Source: an uncultured bacterium (lineage in GTDB: Bacteria > Eisenbacteria > RBG-16-71-46 > CAIMUX01). From it: a DNA stretch of 64,000 bases. Shown piece after piece: positions 28,390 to 36,282 of this stretch; position 1 is the stretch's first letter; every line of letters begins with the position of its first letter. The stretch covers positions 1,309-65,308 of the forward strand of contig CAZVYN010000002.1 of the NCBI GenBank assembly GCA_964631125.1, given 5' to 3'. The translations under genes were made by a program, and so were the position numbers. Under the pieces are notes generated by a model. It saw only the letters and a program-made list of their open reading frames with translations. It made no database searches and was not told the origin of the DNA.

Positions 28390-29015
28390 TACGGCGCCAA
28401 GAGTTGCGCGGTCGGCCGTCCGGCGACATCGTCCAGAGATCGAAGCTCCCACCGCGTTCGGAGTGAAACGCGATCTTCGTTCCGTCCGGTGACCAGGCAA
28501 GGGCGTTCACTGTCGGTCGACCGTGACTCGCGATCACAACCGGCGCGGCGCCCACCCTCGGTTCCATCACCGAGAGTTCGCGGAGCGTGAAGGCGGCGTC
28601 CGCTCCGATCAAGTAGATCTGTGGGCGACTGTCCGGCTGCCAGTCAGCGCTGAACAACACCTCGGACCCGTCGGGCGACCAGTGCGGATAGATCGCACCA
28701 CCGAGGCGTGAGCTGGTGGTCAGGCGGAGTCGGGTGCGAGTTGAAGTACTCACGACGTTGGATAGCGTGGATTCGAGCGGCGTGTCGTCTATGGCGCGGA
28801 TGGCGAAGAAGTACGTGAGCCCAGGCTCGAGTCCGGTCGCGGTAAACGCCTCCTCGGCGCCTGCTGAATCTGGCGCGGGAACGCTGTCTACTCGAGTCGC
28901 GGAGTCCCAGTTCGCGTCGGAGATGGTCACGAAGGAATGCCGGAGGTCGTAGGCTGAGGCTGTGCCGATCGACCCATCGCGCCCGGTCGCGGTCCACCTC
29001 AGGCTCACGCTGCTG
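28390..29015 (-). pseudogene. Decayed, internally deleted second copy of the TolB-like gene at 22240..23739
   Basis: The translation shares long identical runs with the intact copy (SLRWTATGRDGSIGTASAYDLRHS, GLEPGLTYFFAIRAIDDTPLESTLSNVVST, RELSVMEPRVGAAPVVIASHGRPT). Whole propeller blades are missing. The 3-prime flank CGGCGCCAAGAGTTGCGCGGTCGGCCG is also shared with 22207..22233. Confidence 0.8.
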
Positions 29016-29112
29016 CGGGCCTCGGGCTTTGGATCGAGACGAGTCGGGGTGAGGGAGGCACGAACTCGTCTCGGTCCGGGTCAGGGCCGCGACCGCGCTT
29101 TCGCGCGATCAG

Positions 29113-30393
29113 TTACGCCTTCGTGTTGCGGACGATGCCCATCGAGGCATCGTGGAGCGACTTGAAGATGGACGTGAAGAGGCTGAACATCTGTGAGCGG
29201 CGCTCGAGCATCTGCTGGAGTTGCGTTTGCATGAGTTGGAGGTTCGACTTCTGGCTGTCGGAGCCGCCGCTGGCGCTGTTCGGGCTTCCCGGGACGCCAC
29301 CGCCGGACACGGCGCCGCCGATGACGCCGCCCAACTGCGAGCCGAGCATCCCGCCGATCGGGCCGCCGAAGGCCGCGCCCGCGACGCCGGCAACCGCGCT
29401 GGCCGCTCCGCCGATCGCGCCGGCGATCGAACCGAAGATCCCGCCGCTCTTCTTCTTCTCGCCCGCGCCGTTGGCGCCGTTCGCGCCGTTCGCGCCGTTC
29501 TGCTTCGACATCTCGGCCTCGATCTTCTTCATCTGATCCTCGATCTGCTTGTCGAGGTGATCAGCGAGCTTCGCCATGAGGAGCAGGAGCTTGTCCTCGA
29601 GCGACGCGCCGCTGGAGAGGATGCTGGAGGTATCGTTCGCCGCGGACGCGCCGTTCGTTCCGTTCGTTCCGTTCGTTCCGTTGGCCGGAGCGCTCCGGCT
29701 TCCCGGGACACCACCGCCGAACAACTGCTCGATGATGTTCTGGATGGTCTGGGTCGCGGCCGGGCTCGGCTGCCACGGCGTCAGAGCGGCGCCGAGCGAC
29801 GGGAAGTTCGGGGCGTTCACGTAGATCCCAGGGTTGACCGTCTGCTGAGTCGGGAAGTGCAACCGCAAGGTCGCGTTGCCGTCGACGCGGCCGTCGCGAC
29901 GGTCCCGCCAGATGTCGCCCAGGCTCCCGTAGGTCCGTCCCTGATAGAGCCACTGCTGGTTCTTCAACTGGATGGGGCGAGAGAACGAGCCAGCGTACTG
30001 CCGACCGGTGATGCGACCGCGGCATTGGAAGGGGCCGAGCTTGAAGCCGTACTGCTGACCGACCTGCGCGCGACGTCCGACGGCCTGATGCACGGCGTAG
30101 GTGTTCGAGTAGTTGGCGAGATGCGGACCGGCGAAGCCACAACGCGTGACGTGGGCGGAGCGAGCGCAGGCCGCGCCGCGGTTGAGCGAATCGAACTGGC
30201 TGGTCGGCAGACCGCTCTGCAGGTCGACCAAGTTGCGAAGGGCGCCGGCGACGTTGCCGCCGCGAATGTCGACGAGCGCGCCAACGGCGTCGCCGAATGC
30301 ATCGGGAAGGCCAAGGCGGTCGAGCTGACGGTTGATCTGGGATCCCTGCGACGCGTTGGCAGCGAGGTGCGAGGGGCTGATGACGTTCGACAT
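29113..30393 (-). CDS. Gly/Asn-rich hypothetical protein (426 aa) with a glycine-zipper segment flanked by amphipathic helices; harpin/T3SS-translocator-like or glycine-zipper toxin-like
   Basis: The ATG at 30393 follows GAAGGAAAC. No Sec signal peptide is present (MSNVISPSHLAANASQGSQ). NGT x3 and ANG x3 micro-repeats occur. A GxxxG-rich stretch reads GGIFGSIAGAIGGAASAVAGVAGAAFGGPIGGMLGSQLGGVIGG. The C-terminus reads LQLMQTQLQQMLERRSQMFSLFTSIFKSLHDASMGIVRN. Confidence 0.7.
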   Translation of the reverse strand: MSNVISPSHLAANASQGSQINRQLDRLGLPDAFGDAVGALVDIRGGNVAGALRNLVDLQSGLPTSQFDSLNRGAACARSAHVTRCGFAGPHLANYSNTYAVHQAVGRRAQVGQQYGFKLGPFQCRGRITGRQYAGSFSRPIQLKNQQWLYQGRTYGSLGDIWRDRRDGRVDGNATLRLHFPTQQTVNPGIYVNAPNFPSLGAALTPWQPSPAATQTIQNIIEQLFGGGVPGSRSAPANGTNGTNGTNGASAANDTSSILSSGASLEDKLLLLMAKLADHLDKQIEDQMKKIEAEMSKQNGANGANGANGAGEKKKSGGIFGSIAGAIGGAASAVAGVAGAAFGGPIGGMLGSQLGGVIGGAVSGGGVPGSPNSASGGSDSQKSNLQLMQTQLQQMLERRSQMFSLFTSIFKSLHDASMGIVRNTKA

Positions 30394-30599
30394 GGTTCTG
30401 TTTCCTTCTGTGGTCCCCGCCATCTGATGGCGGGTCGCTCGAGTCGGTCGAGTGGCCGTTGTGGCCGTTGTGGCCGGGACGCACCTCTTATCTGGGGTCC
30501 GCGTGGCGTGGTTGCGGGGAAAGATGGGCGCGGGGGCGAACCCGGGCCTTCGCAGCTCGGTTAAGTCGCAGCTCAGCCAACTCGCGCTCCGCCAACTCG

Positions 30600-30653
30600 C
30601 TTGTGAAAAGATGCGCAACTATTGCCGGCAATAGTTGCGCATCTTTTCACAAG
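30600..30653. repeat. Palindromic element copy 1 (perfect 27+27 nt)
   Basis: CTTGTGAAAAGATGCGCAACTATTGCC | GGCAATAGTTGCGCATCTTTTCACAAG. It lies in the divergent intergenic region between 29113..30393 (-) and 30892..31407 (+). Confidence 0.9.
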
Positions 30654-30806
30654 CCCCCGTCAGTGCCGGCCCGCTGTCGCTCCCGACCCGTCCAAGTCCG
30701 CCCGATAGGGGCCTCGACATCGTGCTAATACGCTGTGGCGTAGTCAATTACGGGCGACATCAGAACCGGCTCTCTCTCTCTCGTGTCTCTCGTCCGAACT
30801 TCCCGG

Positions 30807-30820
30807 TTGACGTCGCATCA
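30807..30820 (+). promoter_or_regulatory. Weak CRP/FNR-family-like site upstream of the cytochrome c/nos cluster
   Basis: TTGACgtcgCATCA is an imperfect match to TTGAT-N4-ATCAA. TATAAG at 30841..30846 would place the site centre near -40 of a putative start site. The match is poor on the right half. Confidence 0.2.
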
Positions 30821-30891
30821 CTTAACGGACATCTTCATGCTATAAGCGTTTGAGTGACGCACTCTTCGTACCGAGGGAGGGGGAGGTAGAC

Positions 30892-31407
30892 ATGAGAGGG
30901 ATCGGTTGGATCGTCGGCCTGGGACTCTGCGGCGCGCTCGTCGCGCTCCCGGCCTGCAACGGGGACAGCGGGTCATCGGCGCGGACGGACTCGTCTCGCG
31001 GCGCAGCGACCCCGGCATCGGGCAGTGCAAGCCCACCCGCGGCGACACCCGCCACGACTTCGGCGACGACGCCCGCGGCTTCGTCCGCCCCACCTTCGCT
31101 CGAGGGAACGACGAGTTCGGACCGCGCTCAGGCGGAGCAGCTGTTCATGGCCCGGTGCGCCGCGTGTCACGGCAAGGACGGGCGCGGGGACGGACCGGGC
31201 TCACTCGGTCTCGATCCCAAGCCGCAGAACTACACCGATCCCACCTGGCAGACGACCGTGACCAACGAAGAGATCGAGAAGGCCATCGTCTACGGCGGCG
31301 CCGCGGTCGGGAAGAGCCCGCAGATGGTGTCCAACCCGGATCTCCAGGCGAAGCCGGGCGTCGTGACGGCGCTCCGGATGAAGATCCGCAAGTTCGGACA
31401 GCAGTGA
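30892..31407 (+). CDS. Lipoprotein-type monohaem cytochrome c, likely electron donor to NosZ
   Basis: GGGAGGGGGAGG precedes the ATG. The signal and lipobox are LVALPACNG. An Ala/Thr/Pro/Ser-rich linker follows. The haem motif is CAACHG with a downstream Met (SPQMV). It sits immediately upstream of nosZ. Confidence 0.85.
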   Translation: MRGIGWIVGLGLCGALVALPACNGDSGSSARTDSSRGAATPASGSASPPAATPATTSATTPAASSAPPSLEGTTSSDRAQAEQLFMARCAACHGKDGRGDGPGSLGLDPKPQNYTDPTWQTTVTNEEIEKAIVYGGAAVGKSPQMVSNPDLQAKPGVVTALRMKIRKFGQQ

Positions 31408-31431
31408 AACAGCAGTGAAACAGCAGTGAAC
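31399..31431. repeat. 11-bp tandem repeat x3 (CAGCAGTGAAA) spanning the cytochrome c stop codon
   Basis: The units are at 31399, 31410 and 31421. Each carries TGA, and the 11-nt period puts the three TGAs in all three frames. Confidence 0.9.
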
Positions 31432-31502
31432 CAAGCAGACGAGTCGATCTGTCCGTGAACCGGCCGGGGCGCAACGGCGCATCCCGATGAAGGAGCCGAG
31501 AG

Positions 31503-33470
31503 ATGTCCAGGAATCGAATCTTCATGACCGCCGCAGCGTTCGTCCTCTTCGGATTCATTGGTCTCGCGTTCCTCTCCATCTCATGCAGCGGACCGAAGTC
31601 CGGCGGCGGGATGTCGCAGGACTTGAACGCGTTGATGCAAGCGCGCGGCCTGACCGAAGCGGATGTTTCCGCCGCCCTCAAGACCTACACGCCGACTGGC
31701 GGCAGAGACGAGTTCCTGCTTTTCGCCTCCGGCGGACACGGAGGGAACCTGATCGTCATCGGGGTTCCGAGCATGCGGATTCTCAAGTACGTCGGGGTCT
31801 TCACGCCGGAGCCGTGGCAGGGATACGGCTTCGACGCCGAGACCCGAGGCGTGCTCGACGGCGGCAATCCCGAAGGCGTGGAGCTCTCGTGGGGCGACAT
31901 GCACCATCCCGCGATGAGCGAGACCAACGGCGACTATGACGGCGAGTACATCTTCGTCAACGACAAGGCGAACGCCCGCATGGCCGTCGTCGACCTGAAG
32001 GACTTCATGACGAAGCAGATCGTTTCCAGCGAGCTGATCCACTCGGATCACGGCGGATCGTTCGTCACGCCCAACACCGAGTACCTCATCGAGACCTCTC
32101 AACTCGCCGCCCCGCTCGGCGGCGGCTACGCCCCGCTCTCGGAGTTCAACGAGAAGTACCGGGGAGCGCAGATCTTCTGGAAGTTCGATCGCGCGAAGGG
32201 GCGTCTCATTCCGGAGGAGTCGTGGGCCGTCGAGTTGCCTCCGTACATGCAGGACCTGGCCGACGCCGGGAAGCTCGCCAGCGACGGTTGGATCTTCTGC
32301 AATTCGGTCAACACGGAGCGGGCCACCGGCGGCCTGTTGGAAGGCAAGCCCCCGCTGGAGTCGGGCGCCTCGCAGAACGACATGGACTACCTGCACGTCT
32401 TCAACTGGAAGCGCGCCGAAGAGGTCGTCCGCGCCGGCAAGACCAAGACGATCGCGGGCATGCGGGTCATCACCCTGGAGACCGCCATCGCGGAGAAGCT
32501 GCTCCACTTCGTCCCTGAACCGAAGAGCCCGCACGGGGTCGACATCGCGCCCAACGGCACGGACATCGTCGTCTCCGGCAAGTTGGACACGCATTGCACC
32601 GTCTACGACTTCAACAAGATCAAGTCGCTGATCGAGCAGGGGCGCTTCGAGGGGGTCGACCCCTACGGAGTCCCGATCCTGCCGTTCCGTGAGGCGATCC
32701 GCGGCCAGGTCGAGATCGGATTGGGTCCGCTCCATAGCCAGTTCGACGATCGCGGCAACGTCTACACGTCGCTCTTCATCGAGTCGAAAGTGGCCCGGTG
32801 GTCGCTCGCCGACTTGAAGCTCCTGGAGAAAGCCTCCGTTCACTACAACATCGGTCATCTCGCCGCGACCGAGGGCGACGCCCTGCATCCCCAAGGGAAG
32901 TACCTCGTCGTGATGAACAAGTGGGCGATCGACCGGTTCAACCCGGTCGGGCCGCTGCTCCCGCAGAACTTCCAACTCGTGGACATCTCCGGGCCTGAGA
33001 TGAAGGTGATCTACGACCTTCCGATTCCACTCGGTGAACCGCATTACGCGCAGATCATCCGAGCGGAAAAGATCAAGACGATCGAAATGTACACGCCGGT
33101 CGGAACCAACCCCATCACGGGACAGCTCGACCCGTCGGCGATCGACTCCGAGGCGAAGTCGAGGATCGAACGCAGGGGCAAGGACGTTCACGTCTACATG
33201 ACGCTCGTGCGGAGTCACATCCGGCCGGACATCATCGAGGTGAACAAGGGAGACACGGTGCACCTGCACGTGACCAGCCTCGAACAGGCGCTCGACGCGA
33301 CCCACGGACTGGCCGTCGATCGGTACAACATCAACCTGAGCGTCGAACCGGGGCGAACCTGCAACGTCAGCTTCGTGGCCGACCGAGCCGGCGTCTATCC
33401 GTACTACTGCACCGAATTCTGCTCGGCGCTGCACCTCGAGATGGCCGGCTACCTGCTGGTCAAGGGCTGA
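31503..33470 (+). CDS. nosZ: Nitrous oxide reductase, Sec-dependent (clade II / atypical) type
   Basis: The N-terminus MSRNRIFMTAAAFVLFGFIGLAFLSISCSG has no twin-arginine motif. Propeller blocks such as DGEYIFVNDKANARMAVVDL are present. The C-terminal CuA site reads HGLAV...YYCTEFCSALHLEM. Confidence 0.95.
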   Translation: MSRNRIFMTAAAFVLFGFIGLAFLSISCSGPKSGGGMSQDLNALMQARGLTEADVSAALKTYTPTGGRDEFLLFASGGHGGNLIVIGVPSMRILKYVGVFTPEPWQGYGFDAETRGVLDGGNPEGVELSWGDMHHPAMSETNGDYDGEYIFVNDKANARMAVVDLKDFMTKQIVSSELIHSDHGGSFVTPNTEYLIETSQLAAPLGGGYAPLSEFNEKYRGAQIFWKFDRAKGRLIPEESWAVELPPYMQDLADAGKLASDGWIFCNSVNTERATGGLLEGKPPLESGASQNDMDYLHVFNWKRAEEVVRAGKTKTIAGMRVITLETAIAEKLLHFVPEPKSPHGVDIAPNGTDIVVSGKLDTHCTVYDFNKIKSLIEQGRFEGVDPYGVPILPFREAIRGQVEIGLGPLHSQFDDRGNVYTSLFIESKVARWSLADLKLLEKASVHYNIGHLAATEGDALHPQGKYLVVMNKWAIDRFNPVGPLLPQNFQLVDISGPEMKVIYDLPIPLGEPHYAQIIRAEKIKTIEMYTPVGTNPITGQLDPSAIDSEAKSRIERRGKDVHVYMTLVRSHIRPDIIEVNKGDTVHLHVTSLEQALDATHGLAVDRYNINLSVEPGRTCNVSFVADRAGVYPYYCTEFCSALHLEMAGYLLVKG

Positions 33471-33477
33471 GGTCGAG

Positions 33478-34896
33478 GTGCGTCTCGTCACCCTCGGTTC
33501 GCGCGCCGCGATCGCAGTCACTGCGGTCGCGCTGGCGACGTTCGCGCTGGCGAACTGCGCGACGTCGATCCGCGCCGAGCTGGTGATGGAGGGCGGCGCC
33601 ACCGCGACCGAAGGCCTCGCCCGCGCGATCGCGCGATCTGCCGCGGCGGACTGGCCGCAGCCATTGTGGCGTGAGCCGGTCCGCCCGAGAGGCGGCGCCG
33701 TCGTGCCGGCAGGCGGCGCCCTCCAGGCGGCGCTGGAGGCGGCGCGGGCGGGCGACGTCCTCCTGCTGGCGCCGGGCGATCACCCGGGGCCGATTCGGAT
33801 CGACCGGTCGTTGACGCTGTGGGGGCCGCCTGACGCGGTCATCCGCTCAGCGGGCGTCGGACACACGATCGAAGTCCGCGCCGACCGCGTCGAGTTGCTC
33901 GGATTCTCCGTCAGCGGGAGCGGACGACGCTTCGAACAGACCGATGCGGCGGTGAGTGTGCAGGGGAACGACTGTCGGGTCGAAGGCCTGCGGATCCGCG
34001 ATGCGCTCTTCGGCGTCACGGTCGACGCCTCGAGGCGAGTGGTCATTCGAGGGAACGACATCCAGGGGCTGGGAGGTATCGACCTGGGCCTGCGCGGCGA
34101 CGCGATCCGTTTCTGGGAGGTGCGCGGCTCGGAAATCAGCGGGAATCGGATCACCGAGAGTCGCGACGTCGTCGTCTGGTACTCCCCCGGCAACCGGGTG
34201 GTCGACAACTGGTGCGAGTTCGGACGTTACGGAGCCCATCTGATGTACAGCCACAGCAACGAAGTATCGGGGAATACCTATCTCGGGAATCTGGTCGGGA
34301 TCTTCGTCATGTACAGTGACTCGGTCGTGGTGGCTCGAAATCGCGCGGCCTTCTCCGATCCGGTGGGCGGCCTCGGGATCGGGATCAAGGAATCGGGCCA
34401 ACTCTCCGTCCGGGACAACATACTCCTTCGCAATCAAGTCGGGATCTACCTCGATACATCACCGCTCCAGCGGACCCACCGCAACGAGTTCACGGGCAAC
34501 CGTCTCCTCTCGTGCGACACCGGCGTCGCTTTCCATCGCAGCGAGGCCCGGAGTCTCTTCTCGGCGAACGAATGGCGAGGATGCAGCGTGGCCGTGCGGG
34601 TGGAGGGGCGCGGGAACGCGCTCGGGGTCGACTGGGTCGGCAACTACTTCGACGACTACGCCGGCTACGATCTCGACCTAGATGGGGTGGGCGACATTCC
34701 GTACGAACTCGTGGACCTCTCGAACCAGTTGGTCGGCGCGAGAGAGGAGTTGCGCTTCCTCCGCGGCACATTGGCCCTCGGCTTGCTCGACCTCGCGGGA
34801 CAGGTCTTCCCGCTGCTGCGTCCCACGCCGTTGCTGCGCGACCCGCGCCCGCGGTTCGCTCCAGCGCCACCGGGAGTCCCGACCCATGCGCGTTGA
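33478..34896 (+). CDS. nosD: NosD, periplasmic right-handed beta-helix copper-maturation protein
   Basis: GTG start after GAGG. A signal peptide is present. Repetitive parallel beta-helix turns are visible (VEGLRIRD, VVIRGNDIQG, ISGNRITES, VVDNW, VSGNTYLGN, VRDNILLRN). It lies directly after nosZ and before the ABC ATPase. Confidence 0.85.
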   Translation: MRLVTLGSRAAIAVTAVALATFALANCATSIRAELVMEGGATATEGLARAIARSAAADWPQPLWREPVRPRGGAVVPAGGALQAALEAARAGDVLLLAPGDHPGPIRIDRSLTLWGPPDAVIRSAGVGHTIEVRADRVELLGFSVSGSGRRFEQTDAAVSVQGNDCRVEGLRIRDALFGVTVDASRRVVIRGNDIQGLGGIDLGLRGDAIRFWEVRGSEISGNRITESRDVVVWYSPGNRVVDNWCEFGRYGAHLMYSHSNEVSGNTYLGNLVGIFVMYSDSVVVARNRAAFSDPVGGLGIGIKESGQLSVRDNILLRNQVGIYLDTSPLQRTHRNEFTGNRLLSCDTGVAFHRSEARSLFSANEWRGCSVAVRVEGRGNALGVDWVGNYFDDYAGYDLDLDGVGDIPYELVDLSNQLVGAREELRFLRGTLALGLLDLAGQVFPLLRPTPLLRDPRPRFAPAPPGVPTHAR

Positions 34897-35809
34897 ACTG
34901 CATTCGGTCACCCGTCGATTCGGTCGGCTCACCGCGCTCGATCGGTTGAGCCTCGAGCTCCCCTCCGGCTCGAAGGTTGCGCTGATCGGCCCGAACGGAT
35001 CGGGCAAGTCCACCCTCTCGCGCATCCTGGCCGGGATGCTCTCGTGCGAAGGCGAGGTGCGCATCGACGGCTTCTCGCCGTCGACCGACCGGCGCGCGCT
35101 GGCGCAGAGGCTCGTCTACGTCGCCCAGTCGGCGCCGCAGCTCGGGGCGACGGTCGGGGAAGTCGTCCAGGCGATCGCCTCGGTGCGGAGACTGGAGCGC
35201 GCGCAAATCGCCGAGATCGCGGCGCGGCTCGACTTCGACCTCAGTCAGGTCGCATCGAAGCCGGTTCGCGCGCTCTCGGGCGGCATGAAACAGAAACTGC
35301 TGCTCTCGCTGGCGTTCGCGGCCGACGTGGGTCTGATCCTGCTCGACGAGCCGACCGCGAGCCTCGACGCGCCGAGTCGAACGGCCTTCTATCGCCTGGT
35401 GGCCGAGCGTTCTCGCCACGCCACCCTCATCCTCTGCTCCCATCGACTCGAGGAGGTGCGTCACCTCGTCGATCACGTCGTCGCGCTCGAGGACGGCAAG
35501 CTCGCCTGGCAGGGCCCGCTCTCCGAGTACCTCCGACATGCGTCGCACTCGCTGCTCGAAGTGCGCGTGCACGGAAGCGAAACGTTCGAGTGGCTGCGAG
35601 CGCGTGGGTTCCATACCGGCGGGAGCGGCGATTGGGCGCGAGTGGTCGAGCACGCCGATCTCCTCCCGCTCTTGCGCGAGCTGATGATCGGACTCGACGG
35701 ACGGATCGACGCCGTCAACGTGCGAGATCTCGAGGCGATCGCGGCGGGTGGGGCGACCGTGAACCGGACGACCGAGTCGTCGGCGTCTCCACGTGGAGGA
35801 GCCCGATGA
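34886..35809 (+). CDS. nosF: NosF, ABC transporter ATP-binding protein
   Basis: The internal ATG at 34886 overlaps the nosD end by 11 nt. Walker A is GPNGSGKST, the signature is LSGGMKQK, and Walker B is LILLDEPT. Confidence 0.85.
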   Translation: MRVELHSVTRRFGRLTALDRLSLELPSGSKVALIGPNGSGKSTLSRILAGMLSCEGEVRIDGFSPSTDRRALAQRLVYVAQSAPQLGATVGEVVQAIASVRRLERAQIAEIAARLDFDLSQVASKPVRALSGGMKQKLLLSLAFAADVGLILLDEPTASLDAPSRTAFYRLVAERSRHATLILCSHRLEEVRHLVDHVVALEDGKLAWQGPLSEYLRHASHSLLEVRVHGSETFEWLRARGFHTGGSGDWARVVEHADLLPLLRELMIGLDGRIDAVNVRDLEAIAAGGATVNRTTESSASPRGGAR

Positions 35810-36282
35810 CCAGCCGACGTGGCGCGCGGATCGCGATCACTCTCTTGGCGCTCGGCGGGGCCGTCGCGCTCCTTGCGCTCTTGATCGCCAGGTCCGAGAC
35901 GCTCCCCTCGGGAGTGCGGCCGGTGGTCTGGGACCGAACCTCCTGCGCGGAATGTCGCATGGCGGTGAGCGAACGGGCCTTCGCCGCGCAGCTCCAGATC
36001 GACGACGGTCGCGTCCTCGACTTCGACGACCCGGGTTGTCTATTCCTCTATCTGGAGAGCGCCGAGGCGAGCCCTCACGCGCTCTACTTCCACCACGTTC
36101 GAGAGGATCGCTGGCTGAAGGCCCCGGACGTCGCGTTCGTGACGGCGCGTCCATCCCCGATGGCGTTCGAATTCGGCGCCGTCGATCTCGGGACTGACGG
36201 CGCGTTCGGAATGGACGCGGCGCGCGCAAGGGCGCTCAGCCGCGTGGGAAACGAGCGCGGGAAGGGAGCGCGAGAACCATGA
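35806..36282 (+). CDS. nosL: NosL-like copper chaperone (membrane anchored)
   Basis: ATGA overlap with nosF. An N-terminal TM anchor is present. The NosL-type motif is CAECRMAVSERAFAAQLQIDDGRVLDFDDPGC. Confidence 0.7.
   Translation: MTSRRGARIAITLLALGGAVALLALLIARSETLPSGVRPVVWDRTSCAECRMAVSERAFAAQLQIDDGRVLDFDDPGCLFLYLESAEASPHALYFHHVREDRWLKAPDVAFVTARPSPMAFEFGAVDLGTDGAFGMDAARARALSRVGNERGKGAREP

Noticed and set aside
30600-30653. The palindromic elements as CRP/FNR/HcpR-type binding sites, because their ends contain TGTGA and TCACA
   Set aside because: The half-sites are about 40 nt apart instead of 6. The whole 54 nt is self-complementary with compensatory changes, which fits a hairpin element rather than a CRP-type operator.
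31399-31431. Short tandem repeats (31399, 46441, 53911, 30452) as possible CRISPR arrays
   Set aside because: The units are 7-11 bp, directly abutting with no spacers, and only 3-4 copies long. No cas genes are present in the window.
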